Shown here: positions 29,701 through 35,925 of the stretch, piece after piece
Layout of the letters: each line of letters starts with the position of its first letter
How positions within the stretch are numbered: position 1 is the stretch's first letter
Source: Eubacteriales bacterium
Lineage (GTDB): Bacteria; Bacillota; Clostridia; Oscillospirales; CAG-272
Direction of reading: 5' to 3'
DNA length: 64,000 bases
Assembly (NCBI GenBank): GCA_045123255.1
Contig: JBGVIN010000010.1
Coordinates: 3,044-67,043 of the forward strand
Notes under the pieces: model-generated
Seen by the model: only the letters and a program-made list of their open reading frames with translations
Databases searched by the model: none
What the model was told of the DNA's origin: nothing
Position numbers and translations under genes: made by a program

Positions 29701-32700
29701 CCGATACCAAATTCAACTGTTTCAGCTGAATTAAAGAGGAGTGTAACGTTTGAACCGCTTACTGCTACCTCAGCAGCTTGTGCTACTGTTGTGTAAATCT
29801 TACCGTCAACAAGAACGCCGCATGCACCGTTGTCATTTACACATGTCGGTGGAACATCGCTTGTTACAGCTGTTCCGTTTGGAACACCGTCAAGATCAAG
29901 CTCGAATACGCCCTTGGATGAATATGTGTTGTTTTCTAATGTAACACTCTTACCCGATGTAAGAACGATAGCTGGCTTATTATCAGCCGCGCTAAAGTTT
30001 GTGTTCTTTACAATGAGGTCGCCAATTTGGAGCTTGCCCTCTGAGAAGAACTTAATACCGCGGATATCTGCAAATGTACAACCGTCAACAGTTGTCTCCT
30101 CTGCACCGTATACCCACAAGCCATATCTGTCGTGTGAACGATAGAATGTACAGCCTGTGAATGTAACTTCACCGCTTGACGCACATGCACCGTTAAGGAA
30201 TGTGCAGTTAGTGTAATTAACGCTTACAACGTCGTAAACGCCGAATGCAAGGTTCATAAAGCCGGCATTTGTTACGTAGCCGCCCTCTGACTTGCTAAGC
30301 TTCAAGTCCTCGAAAGCAACATTTTTGCCTGTTGCTGTAATATAGCCTTGAACGTCAAGGTAAATTTCAGCGTCTGTGTCCTTACCAACAAAGGTAATGG
30401 AATCAAAGCTGCCTGAAATAGCGCTGTTAAGAGTTGCCTTATCGAAAATCTCGATGGTAACGTCACCAGTCATAACCTTTGCAGCTTCAAGAGCTTCGCT
30501 AAGTGTTGCGTACTTAACGCCGCCGATTTGAGCCACCGCTTGAGTAAGAACGATCTTACCGCCAACGATGTTAACGATAAATGAACCGTTTTTCGCTTCA
30601 ATTGTACCGTTTACGCTGTTTGTAACAGTGCCTGTAATGCCTGCATATTCGCCAGCTTGGGCACCTGTTGCATCAATAACAAGCTTTGCACCAGCGTTTG
30701 TAATGTTGAGATTGCTGTCAACCTTTGCGCCTGGCTTGATAGTCAATACAGCGTTAGCATTGTTCAAGAATACGCTATTGTCGCTATCGAGAACCGCACC
30801 GTCATTCAAGGTTACGTTACCATTGATGTAAAGAACCTCGCCGTTTGCGCCTGTTGTATGAATTGTAGAGTTAACCTCAAATGTACCTTCAAATGAGAGA
30901 TAACCATAAACTGCATCAATGTCAGCATCAATTGTATATGTACCACGTTGGAACATAAAGTAGCTTGCTGTGAGCTTGTCACCTGCAAGAGTTGCAGTGA
31001 GAGTTTCTCCACTCTTACCAACCCAAAGTCCGCCTGTGATTGTAAGAGGACCGTCGAGTGTAAGGTCGCCAAGCATTCTAATAGAACCGTTGATTGTCTT
31101 ACCGTTGCTCTTAATTGTAACGCCTGCAGGAATTTGAGCTGTTCCGTCTACAGTTACGTCAGCAAGGAGAACGATTGTGTCGCCTGCTTGTGCTGCTGCG
31201 AAAGCGTCTGCAAGTGAAGTATATTTAACGTCACCGATTTGAGCAACAGGGCTCTTTACAACTGAGTATGTATTGTCATCATTTTCAGCAACCTCATAGC
31301 CAGCTGCAAGAGTGATAAGATTTCCGAACCAACCGTTATCAGTAGGGTCAGCGCTATACGTACCGCCAGCGAGCTTGAACGTTGGGTTCTTGCTTGCATC
31401 TCCAAGGTTGTTTTGAACGTCTATCACGCCCTTGAGTGCGTTAAACGTACCGCCGTTAATTTCGATAACAGCACCTGTGTCGCCCATCACCAAGCCACGT
31501 GCATACGTAGCGAGGCTATCATCACCAAAGTTGCCGTTAGCAAATGTACCGCCGTTGATAATGAGTGTACCGCCGGAGTTGAGAACACCAACGCACCATG
31601 AACCATGGCTTGTACCTTGGTTATTTGCTTCCTCAGCAGTTAAGCACTCTGTTGTGTATGTACCGCTATTAACAGTAACCTTACCGCCGCCGTTTACAGA
31701 AACAGCCATTGAGTTGTAAGGAGCTGTGTACATACCCTTTTGTTCTACGGTTACGTTTGTAAGCTCGATTGTACCGCCCGCAGCTTCAATACCGCCACCG
31801 TATTGTGAATAAATTTCAGTATTTGAAATTGTTACTGTTGTGCCTGTGCATGCCTTAATGTTAAGACCGTTACCTCTATAGTTATAGAGCTTAAGATCTG
31901 TAAGAGTTACATTTGCTGTACCCTCTGTACGAACTGTACCGTATGCACCCGAGCTATAATCACCCTTAGCAACCATAGTACCGTTCTTGATTGTAACAAC
32001 AGATGAACCGTTAATCTTAATGTTACGGTTATTTGTTGAAGCACCTACAGTTACAGTAAATGTCTTATCATTTAAGTCAATAGTAATGTTCTTATCTGTG
32101 ATAATAACACCGTCTTCTTGCTCAATATCAGCAACGAGAGTGATTACATCACCATTAACTGCTGCGTTGATTGCAGCTTGGAGTGAAGCATAATATGTGC
32201 CGTTTACAGAAGCAACTGCCTTTGTAATTTCGAGACCTGTATCTGTAATTGTATATACAGCTTCGCCTTTTATAACCTCGATTGTACCTGTAAATCCACT
32301 CATATCGCCATTGATTACAGTAACCGCCTCTGTAAAGCCGGTTGCATCAATAACAATCTTACCGCTACCAAGAATTGAAGGAGCAGTAATTGAGCTGTTA
32401 AGATCGAGAGTGATTGTACCTATATTAGTGAATGCTGCATTGTATGTGAGATCTGTACCAACGAGAACCATTGTGCCTGCGTTTTGGTTCTTATCATCAC
32501 TGCCATTTGATGCAGCTTTTGACACGATTACGCAATTTGTGAATTTAAATTCAGAGCTTGCGTCATTTGTCATAAATACGCCATTAACAAGGAGGTCTGT
32601 ATCCTCAAGCACTACAATAGATGTACCTTTATCCTCATAGAACTTGAAGGCATTTGCGGTTACTACGCAGTTATCAAATGTAAATTTATAGTTACCGTAA

Positions 32701-35700
32701 TAGCTACCTGCTTTGTTACCGAATGACTTGTCGCCCTCAATACCAAAGATGAGATATGCATTCTCAGCTGTGAAGGAGTTTTGTGCATTCGAAGCAGCGG
32801 AGTTGGTCATACCAACAAGACCGCCATACATATTTACTGCAATGTCACTGTCTGTAAGAGTTTCACGAGCGTTAAGAGCATCCTCAATATTACCGAATAC
32901 AGTTACCTTATCGCCGTAGCCAAGGCCGTAACGGTCATATTTTGTGAGAGTGAGTGATGCGCCGCTCTCTACAGTCCACTTACTTGGAGTTACTTGTGAA
33001 TAGTAATCACCGTAGTCAGTAAGCATATCGAATGTGTTTTTGCCGCGGAATGTTACATTACCTGCAATATATGCCGCGCCGCCAACTGTAGAATTCTTAA
33101 CAATTGCACCTTCACAAAGGTCAATGCTTGATCCGCTGAGTGTTTCAATGTTAAGTGTGCTTTCGCCGGAAACGTTGATTGTACCATTGTTTGTAAGTGT
33201 GCCTGCAACGTTTACAGAACCACCGTTAACGTTCAATGTACCCTTTGCAGTTACAAGGAATGATTGTGTGGTTTCAAACGTTGAACCGCTGTTAACGGTC
33301 ATAACGCCGATAGCTTCGTAGCCAAGTCCCATACCGTTATGGTTGTTCACTACGAGCTTAGAGCCGTTGTCAAGTGTCATGGTTGCTGTTGCATCCACGC
33401 CACTTTCGGTTTCGGAAGCAGGACGACCGCCTACTGCAAAACCATTCTTAACGGTAAGAGTAGAATTATCAAGAGTAATAGTTCCCTTGTTAATAAGGTA
33501 ATCAAGTTCAATAGTAGAATTCTTGATGGTTAAAGTACCATCATATTTATTAGTAGTATCCTTTTCACGTCCTGAAACGTGGATACCTGTAGAAGCTTGG
33601 TTAGAAGCAGATGTAAGGTTAGCACCGTCAAAGATAACTTCGCCATCACCTTCGCCGCCACGACCAACGAACAAGAAGCCCTCGCCCCAATCAACAGTAG
33701 CTGTGCCTGTGATTGTAACAGTCTTGCCGTAAACCGCACCATTCATAGCAATAGGAGCATCGCCCTTTGCCCAGTTAAGCTTTATTGTCGCACCGTCAGC
33801 TGCAGCTGCAAGAGCGTCAGAGAGTGTTGCATAACCAACTTCGCCAATCTTAGCAACAGGCTTGAATACATTACCTTCAGCATCAAGTTCAAGCTTGTCG
33901 CCCGCTTCGTTTTCAACCTTCAAGCCAGCCGGAGCGTTAGTGATTTTCAATCTGCCGTCTTTAGGAACAACGATTGTGCCCTTGTAGGAAATACCTGACA
34001 TATCGAGCTCGTCAACATAAACAGTTACTTCACCGCTTGCTTTGTTGTTATCAGCAAATGCTTCTTCAACGCTTGTATAGTAAAGACCATTTGTTTTAGC
34101 GCTTGAATATTGGAGAAGTGAGTTTGCTCCACTATAGTTAGCAGAGGAAGCCTCGAATTTTTCACCCGCTTCAGTGATTACAGTGCCGCCAACTACGATA
34201 TAGCCGTTATCGTCAACGTATACGCCAACGTTGCTATTAGCCATAGAGGTACCAAACCAGAACTTGGTGTTGTTGGAGTCAGCTGTCATAAAGCCAAACG
34301 TCTTGAACGTGCCGCCTGAAATTAATCTAAGCGCAGTGCTATCGCCTTGTGAGCCAACACTGTAGTTAAATGTACCGCCTGAAATTATGAGCTTAGATTT
34401 GCCGGAGCCGTTAATTGAGCAGTTAAATGTGCCGCCAGCAATATCAACCGTTGCGCACTTTCTCGCCGCAGTACCTATTGTATAAATACCTGCAGTTCCC
34501 CAGGTTGACGTGGTACCGTTAAATACGCCGCCGTTAATTTTAATAATTGGACGGTCCTCTGTTGAGATGCCGCCATCAGCGTACTTGTAGTAAACCACGC
34601 ACTTTGAGCCGGCGTTAATGCCACCCGGATTTTTAGCATCTGCATTGATAGTAATTGCGGTTCTTTCCGCACTACCGTTGCCGCATGCTTGAATCACAAA
34701 AGCATTCTTGCCGCTTGCCGCAGTCATTGTGTATGTACCGAGATTCAAAATGTGATGCTCGGTTGACTTGAGCGTAACAACGTCAGACAAGGTTACGTCA
34801 GCTAACAAAGTTAGTGTCGCATTGTTTGTCCACGCAGCTATCGCTTCGTCAATTGTTGCGTAGCCTGTACCGTTGATTTCCGCAACATAGCTTACCGCTT
34901 TTTCAACGCCGTATGTACCGTCAGCGTTTTCAACGAGTTCAAAGCCGTCTGCGCAGTATTTCTCGGGAATTGCTGAGCTAAACGTACCGCCGGAAACAGC
35001 AACCTCTGCACCGCCGGTGGTGTCAATGTTAAAAATCTCAAAGCCCTCGCCACACTTAAATGTACCGTTGGTAACAGTAACATCACCGTGATCCGAAATC
35101 TTTACATTTTGAAGCACACAGCTACCTGTACTCTTAACAGTAGCGTCCTCGCTGAAATTCATATCCGAACCTCTACCGTTAGTGCCGCTGGCAAATATAG
35201 CGGTTGCAAAGCTTGCTAAATCGCCCAATTCATCAAGATCGCCTGTAAATTCAATTGTACCTCCCGTAACATTTAATTCCGGGTAGTTCGCGTATGAATC
35301 AGGTTGAAGCACCACTGTTGCGGGAATGCCGCTTACTCCATAACCTGCAGACGTGATTGTACCGCTTTCAAGATTGAGCGTACCGTTTACACAGATTACA
35401 CCAACTATTCTACCGTCAGCATTTTCGCTTGTATCCTTAACCGTCAACATGCCTACACTGCTTGGTCCGTTGCTCTTAACAAAGATATATGCTTCGCCTT
35501 CCAAAACAGCATCATAGCCGTTCAAATCAAGCGTCGCGCTTGTACCCTCAACAACCGTGAGTACTTCCGTAACTTTTATATCGTTAAGGAGTGTCACCGT
35601 GTTGCCGTTTGCATTAGCAAACGCATTAGCAAGTGTTGCATATTCGGTATTACCGACCTTTGCAACGTTACCTGTGGATTTTTCGCCAGCATCCGTAGTT

Positions 35701-35822
35701 TCGACTACAGAGTCGGCAGGAGCAATTTCGTCAGTTGTGTTTGCAAGTGCTTGCAATGGTACAAATGCGAGCAACATGAACACAATGAGAAATAGACCTA
35801 AGAAACGTTTTGTCTTGTTCAT
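14760..35822 (-). CDS. giant secreted modular surface protein (7,020 aa): about 20 beta-helix-type cassettes, 2 GLUG-like modules, 3 Cys-repeat clusters
   Basis: Uninterrupted 21,063-nt ORF with an AAAGGA RBS. Signal peptide MNKTKRFLGLFLIVFMLLAFVPLQALA. At least 20 recurrences of the cassette-start motif VA.(I/V)G...Y.(T/S)L..A(I/F).AA..GDT(I/V).LL.D(V/I). Dozens of GGT(F/I/Y) turn motifs. Two modules G.GT...PY.I....(D/E)L..FAKRVNDG.Y...(V/F)VLTADID are followed by GLFGY/GALVGFA/VGAIVGYS/VGGITGYS/AGGIAGLA repeats. Three clusters of 4-Cys units (TC(T/E)..G......C..C(G/D)). Confidence 0.9.
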   Translation of the reverse strand: MNKTKRFLGLFLIVFMLLAFVPLQALANTTDEIAPADSVVETTDAGEKSTGNVAKVGNTEYATLANAFANANGNTVTLLNDIKVTEVLTVVEGTSATLDLNGYDAVLEGEAYIFVKSNGPSSVGMLTVKDTSENADGRIVGVICVNGTLNLESGTITSAGYGVSGIPATVVLQPDSYANYPELNVTGGTIEFTGDLDELGDLASFATAIFASGTNGRGSDMNFSEDATVKSTGSCVLQNVKISDHGDVTVTNGTFKCGEGFEIFNIDTTGGAEVAVSGGTFSSAIPEKYCADGFELVENADGTYGVEKAVSYVAEINGTGYATIDEAIAAWTNNATLTLLADVTLSDVVTLKSTEHHILNLGTYTMTAASGKNAFVIQACGNGSAERTAITINADAKNPGGINAGSKCVVYYKYADGGISTEDRPIIKINGGVFNGTTSTWGTAGIYTIGTAARKCATVDIAGGTFNCSINGSGKSKLIISGGTFNYSVGSQGDSTALRLISGGTFKTFGFMTADSNNTKFWFGTSMANSNVGVYVDDNGYIVVGGTVITEAGEKFEASSANYSGANSLLQYSSAKTNGLYYTSVEEAFADNNKASGEVTVYVDELDMSGISYKGTIVVPKDGRLKITNAPAGLKVENEAGDKLELDAEGNVFKPVAKIGEVGYATLSDALAAAADGATIKLNWAKGDAPIAMNGAVYGKTVTITGTATVDWGEGFLFVGRGGEGDGEVIFDGANLTSASNQASTGIHVSGREKDTTNKYDGTLTIKNSTIELDYLINKGTITLDNSTLTVKNGFAVGGRPASETESGVDATATMTLDNGSKLVVNNHNGMGLGYEAIGVMTVNSGSTFETTQSFLVTAKGTLNVNGGSVNVAGTLTNNGTINVSGESTLNIETLSGSSIDLCEGAIVKNSTVGGAAYIAGNVTFRGKNTFDMLTDYGDYYSQVTPSKWTVESGASLTLTKYDRYGLGYGDKVTVFGNIEDALNARETLTDSDIAVNMYGGLVGMTNSAASNAQNSFTAENAYLIFGIEGDKSFGNKAGSYYGNYKFTFDNCVVTANAFKFYEDKGTSIVVLEDTDLLVNGVFMTNDASSEFKFTNCVIVSKAASNGSDDKNQNAGTMVLVGTDLTYNAAFTNIGTITLDLNSSITAPSILGSGKIVIDATGFTEAVTVINGDMSGFTGTIEVIKGEAVYTITDTGLEITKAVASVNGTYYASLQAAINAAVNGDVITLVADIEQEDGVIITDKNITIDLNDKTFTVTVGASTNNRNIKINGSSVVTIKNGTMVAKGDYSSGAYGTVRTEGTANVTLTDLKLYNYRGNGLNIKACTGTTVTISNTEIYSQYGGGIEAAGGTIELTNVTVEQKGMYTAPYNSMAVSVNGGGKVTVNSGTYTTECLTAEEANNQGTSHGSWCVGVLNSGGTLIINGGTFANGNFGDDSLATYARGLVMGDTGAVIEINGGTFNALKGVIDVQNNLGDASKNPTFKLAGGTYSADPTDNGWFGNLITLAAGYEVAENDDNTYSVVKSPVAQIGDVKYTSLADAFAAAQAGDTIVLLADVTVDGTAQIPAGVTIKSNGKTINGSIRMLGDLTLDGPLTITGGLWVGKSGETLTATLAGDKLTASYFMFQRGTYTIDADIDAVYGYLSFEGTFEVNSTIHTTGANGEVLYINGNVTLNDGAVLDSDNSVFLNNANAVLTIKPGAKVDSNLNITNAGAKLVIDATGAQAGEYAGITGTVTNSVNGTIEAKNGSFIVNIVGGKIVLTQAVAQIGGVKYATLSEALEAAKVMTGDVTIEIFDKATLNSAISGSFDSITFVGKDTDAEIYLDVQGYITATGKNVAFEDLKLSKSEGGYVTNAGFMNLAFGVYDVVSVNYTNCTFLNGACASSGEVTFTGCTFYRSHDRYGLWVYGAEETTVDGCTFADIRGIKFFSEGKLQIGDLIVKNTNFSAADNKPAIVLTSGKSVTLENNTYSSKGVFELDLDGVPNGTAVTSDVPPTCVNDNGACGVLVDGKIYTTVAQAAEVAVSGSNVTLLFNSAETVEFGIGVNLDKNGFKANGVTVAIPAAQIGDVKYATLSEALVALKDGETLVITDGFTAEANMFIELNGKKNITITAADGVVINGSLSIGYHASHIDQADRSESTFTVSGLTVNGTLTVCSNDAKVVIADNTVAQLTVKTYREGMNITIDGNTADGSIGTATNGYGMFIVPNATAYNLTLNDNTFVDVSSHAFVIQGCGDGKAVTAANSITVTENNFKSWGLGGKSNRAAIKIWADTKYAPASGSNVNQTTNALRELVVAIQAAGNNTFGSTAENTVEIDVYDIAADLSEIPAPFYAAAINGVKYDTLQAAIDAVENGETIVLLDDVTEELVTIEKASGVAFTIDGKNNNFTGEFEIGIGESITIKNVNFVATSEISPEYFIDSMDKNSNCILTIISCSFKDTDYSTTAIGTHQPTKVVIGDCIATGVASLLQNQGGYNITVTNTVIEGKRGISLGTVVGATVENVKITAANDKYGIRLNGEIANNTITIKDCEISAFIPVVVRKAQVENYNVIFKGTNTMTPANTDGLWMAIGTSEYDTNGTMPTAPTGKVVVALNDTGLDAKGIYGNYGVASINGVKYLTLAEAIAAAKAKDTVVLLADVTVAEGETIAINGFNLDAGSFKLTNNGIIKVSGESTLKLASFEGESIDLLDGAIVKNSIINGHVFVAGKVIFRGDNTVGMIYDYGTLTDYYGTTANMEWSVEEGASLTITDKARYGLGYGDKVTIYGSISDALEARENLTDGDVAFFTHGLVAQESKGWNCDSYFTVENAYVVIGSNNSFGNKPGNYGGEYTFYFVNSVVDASRITFYEALSKTEFTFENSDVKVGTFMTNDADSVFTLINTKLLSTTLTNGNDEGNYNAGTLILKGSSLTYSAQLKNNGTIELDINSSLTAPSIIGNGKIVIDVTGLGFEPVTVIGADMSGFTGTVEIKGGNAKITMDKNGLVVTKTLSGEGTATNPYEISTAEDLFFFAKRVNDGTYVNVYVVLTADIDLEQEDWTSIGTSAHPFTGTFDGQKHTISNLWCADDQNGLFGYTSTGNRGDNTGYHTTIKNFTIDGAVVADYAQKHAGAAAVVGCGNMHTTIDSVNVTGEIIVIGARAGAIMGYAYNGAVINNCHVDGINNAESSIKALYWAVGGIGGFLGTSDSSATVTNCSVKNVTIIAENHYGAAAIVGNTNENDIISNVVAENVIVKGAYGEDYNALISSGTITGNSYAVNSTLIVGGVVVEAPYDVVAKVGNTYYISLEAAFAAANEGDTIVLLADATPALKSQRAITKASVIDLNGNTLTLTEDDLYFGTTTFQNGTIVVDPSVKPSTAVFWMFADQTLTFDGVKLVATGVSGTYLIGLDGNNSDLNLVNGSEIVVNNETALDLDIICVNASTGNDIVIDNSKINVTNLDGRVLFRGNYTISGASEITLSGITKAGIRIEAGQTLSIEDTSVVTITGDLRDGGIHLTDATATYTKADTATVNATVNKPVATIGSKSYFSLEDAFKAAQNGDEVKILVAGEYKLTVSGKDITITGAVDGVEFVGITAYSIKSSVTFNNITFTYDMASGYKGLQDAGDMVYNNCTFNGQVFLYGTSETFNNCTFIQTDENNYNVWTYAAKEVAFNGCTFNAAGRSVLVYNEGSTYAVDVTFTDTTFVSSKAVDGKAAIEIDTSYCAGANVTVNNTTATGFGAGNVSGNSLWNNKKGNYTDANNDITVVVDGETVLAPVTFVAQVGDKKFASLQEAFQAATNGAVIEILNDVTIDDKWDCRSTGAKFTVPVTIDGNGKTIKFTGAIIDNNWNTVFRFEEVATVKDLTIDVSEATGVQRIISAKLGGTFDNCTFIGKGDGYGIIFGEGAGTALSNVTVTITNSTFKNFGRGVSDNRNDQDAKAIVVDNCEFENSKVLLGASESVTFTNNTVVNGQVDIKSYSNIANVVVEATGNTLEAGKNFITANPANVTAQGGFALPVATANGNYYFSLQEAIISAAPNGTVELLSDVVVDKWTMITEKPIGSNQLITLVIDDLTIDGNGHTLTVKSIESAGNGDHLFDDARNLTVKDLTIVNESGKNGGIGLYSGSIENVTFVGGIGVFPQASANTITITGCTFDTTGDAIYYESARDNLVVTGNTFDVDGYAIILRGKEVFANNTIVSGKVNVASSASSTVTGNSFGDNRFKVYNGATATIAENTINNLVFNDGTITKSVFTNNTFSEAAQAAYDEVKGLSGSGTEADPYKIGSVEELNIFAKRVNDGSYTTEYFVLTADIDMNGATWERGIGDGINATFDGKFNGQGFAIKNLNLAPKADSDGYLCGGLFGYTYGAVTIKNLVLENITVKAEGEGHNVGALVGFANNKGGKLNVSNVTVKNVTIDAPDAYGVGAIVGYSYRDMGTIENCVVDGANITGYSFVGGITGYSYSNAVITGCSVNNATIKATSKGAGGIAGLALGGSEISNNTVANTVVTAPTNWGYVIGEVASEGIVVSSNNASEPQVGGAYSTGKPVQAKVGNKYYTTLEAAIEAANGETVVLLNTVVIGKGEEAVIDLKGATVVYETSVANVAMIRNNGTLTIKDSVGDGKLSIKYTGASFGYGVGVYTIVNQGGTLNIEGGTIENLTNVSGSMYDAIDNNSTLGDTVLNISGGVVSCPAYIGIRQFANNTTAKNIVNITGGTVTGGNTSVWVQNPNSYNNNAELNISNGTINGRLLADDSSAFAFAVNGGTFSVPVADKFCQEGYHSHAKANGTFAVEEINLKYTAGVDATCTTAGVKPGTYCEDCMVIITLPEPIAVKGHSYNAEVTDPTCTAKGYTTHTCTVCGDTYVDSYVDMVAHTEEEIPAVAPTVDAAGSKAGVKCSVCGEIIVAPETIPALVAVAQIGNTKFETLAAAIAAANAGDTIEILGNIEANSVIMIDKSITINGNGYNVTSSANRVFRITTGDVEVTLNDVNMVSTAFSTYTSDVRGISIDSNLTGVNLTLNDCSVEFDPTSGSDWAYAVNVTGGSANILTINGGTYEGANVINVWGDDHEIVINGATLTSLYNAPQNGYYGQCVRLEGTGNEVVISNTTFNGDHAIAIGEATKDSNDVAQFNNVNNTKRYLAKIDSEYFYTLAEAFAAAESGDTIVLLGSITIDGDNTIVVKKSVTLDLNGCTISAVTDEISGNRNVFDVRGTLTVMGGTITLEHVGTNMGWGSSTNVFNVTAGGILNIANATVKNLGGSDMAFVAHLNNWGEVTLNVKDSTLESTYVAVRVFNSGYDKNNVTIENSTLSGDSAAFWVHNYTVADFGSQEKADAQEALLNFSIFNGNTFVSGDKVGVIRYGFTKSARFDKDGNCVHNTTDTVLGKEATCTETGLTDGSKCAHCDATVVERETIPVIAHTAGEAVKENENAPTCTATGSYDLVVYCTECDAKLSSETVTVDKLAHNPGDVEIANKTDATCTEDGKYDLVVYCSACDTKLSTGTITIPATGHAFGEWIFDAENCTVVRTCANDAAHTETKSVVAKNGNEYYETLQDAVNAGGTVVLLKNIALDSSVTVSGTVALNLNGKTITGTDNNVKGNFYLFNVTKGASFTVGGEGEITLTATTERNWNASSVVIANNQGTVTVNGGTIKHLGGTSMAYALDNLTNGKNTIATMVVNGGTIDSTYFAIRQFANGGTNNLTINGGDIGYVWMQSPNANANVANTTVTGGSVDGICLSGANANATLKALATCVGEVYGTAPADYKFANVDGYYVVVPCEYVAQVGDNKYESFEEAIAAANANGGTVVLLENITLNSTIKVTGKVTLDLNGKTITGTDNSTGSFSLFTNNGEFTVTGDGAITLVANNNRGWNGYSTVISNTVGGKLVVNGGTIKHLGGTDMAYAIDNLTNGKGTYAETVINGGEIISTYSAIRQFLNGTEAQNILTINGGTVKGTKRAIYFQDPSKNANSGTLTIGENASINGTVYLDVTEGSTEWPVTVSVATAALKNGSTVTTENVPSGYHVTDKSGTVVVEACTPVIDAAKDATCTETGLTAGSHCSVCGEVLEAQTVVPATGHTAGTAVKENENAPTCTATGSYDNVTKCTVCGEELSRETVTVPVIDHSYNAEVTDPTCTAKGYTTYTCSVCGDTYVDNYVDMVPHTLKTIPAVNATCTATGLTEGKYCKVCMTITVVPTVTDKVAHTEVEIPPVAPTYENVGYEAGIKCSVCGTIIKAPVEIPALKAVAKVGNNYYATLEAAIAAAGVGDTVELLADVNTSSIITINKAITLNGNGKTITSTAGRAINVSGANGVTIKNVTIEASGERAINVIQGATNVVIYNVDATAANYTVNVASSAKGAIVTIENSTLTGLNVVNVSAANANVTVNGGKLVCNDKSGSEKYAALALDNGATDAVITATNVNFTIEDDSNNASNSSNGGKIIIDGVEADKAVAFIKYANGTGYSFETLAGAFAYAKDGDTILLLGDVTIDELIKIEKNVTLDLGGHTVTSTSKKAFEVYADATIENGTIVAANRCVDTREAVELTLDGVKLIANKYTTAYGNPQPLTIGGSENGTVVNMNNVSIDAGTTGYGIITFVKTELNANDSEISGYSALYVKPGSEGSSFTFTKSVLTGTTGDNDVEGNSFSVIAVRANGTIVNVDKDSAVIANGDYCYAITLGGAVSGEETTTGVSVTVVGAIYGNVITSSDVTNNTVKIPANVADKLSAEYSAIDAGDGLVELVKKTAEESIWKGISVTAGASLDMNFYVDMSKLDANKSYYAKAIKVHTEACGTDSVEIYIPQSAWIKEGSVMKIVVEAIAAKEMNCDIQVQIFEGTIDEDGIGTGEAISNVNEMSIRNYALYWLENSDDAKLKTTLIDMLNYGAAAQVYLKHDANEPANRNTDEYQSYATEGVDLSKAWFAQEGNEHAYDISLVLADKVELVFWFSYFDKIEGFNKDNLTAKITYTDFAGYKISYDVASEDISYNAETGIAKVKANTLSAADMNTVVTCELMYNGEVISTVHSNIAYWCFLAYYYEKPAEIALAEKIMKYGQSAYNYFSK
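17521..17568 (-). repeat. 48-nt exact intragenic direct repeat, copy 2
   Basis: Identical to 21373-21420. The spacing of 3,852 nt equals 1,284 codons, so it is in frame. Confidence 0.95.
21373..21420 (-). repeat. 48-nt exact intragenic direct repeat, copy 1
   Basis: ccctttgctgtgcaagttggatctgttacttccgcgttgtagctgtga is identical to 17521-17568. Encodes HSYNAEVTDPTCTAKG. Flanking about 118 nt are also similar. Confidence 0.95.
26871..27854 (-). repeat. intragenic ~1-kb duplication, copy 2
   Basis: See copy 1. The offset was measured from the shared antisense peptide EFLTIAPS in track ORFs 33034-33321 and 27739-28017 (33091 versus 27748). Confidence 0.8.
32214..33197 (-). repeat. intragenic ~1-kb duplication, copy 1 (aa 876-1203 of the giant protein)
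   Basis: LTNNGTINVSGESTLNIETLSGSSIDLCEGAIVKNSTVGG...GFTGTIEVIKGEAVYTITDTGLEITKAV aligns collinearly with LTNNGIIKVSGESTLKLASFEGESIDLLDGAIVKNSIING...GFTGTVEIKGGNAKITMDKNGLVVTKTL, encoded 5,343 nt downstream. Confidence 0.85.
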
Positions 35823-35896
35823 TTTTACTGTCCTTTCAAAACAAAAATTAGCGTGATGAAATAATTTTCCTTAAAGGAATACCACACACTGACCAA

Positions 35897-35925
35897 ATTA
35901 TACACCAAAATTCGCCAAAAGTCAA
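35897..35925 (-). promoter_or_regulatory. near-consensus sigma-A promoter of the giant gene
   Basis: Minus strand TTGACT (35920-35925) - 17 nt - TATAAT (35897-35902), about 75 nt upstream of the start codon. Confidence 0.6.

Noticed and set aside
15450-35856. Numerous plus-strand ORFs of 60-163 aa inside the giant gene (e.g. 16459-16896, 20047-20481, 24108-24648, 32197-32640, 33579-33998, 35304-35795)
   Set aside because: They are antisense or out-of-frame to a 21-kb ORF with strong coding features. Their length is explained by the stop-poor antisense frames of a Thr/Val/Gly/Asn/Ala-rich repetitive gene. No RBSs are seen. Several are simply mirror images of the same protein repeats.
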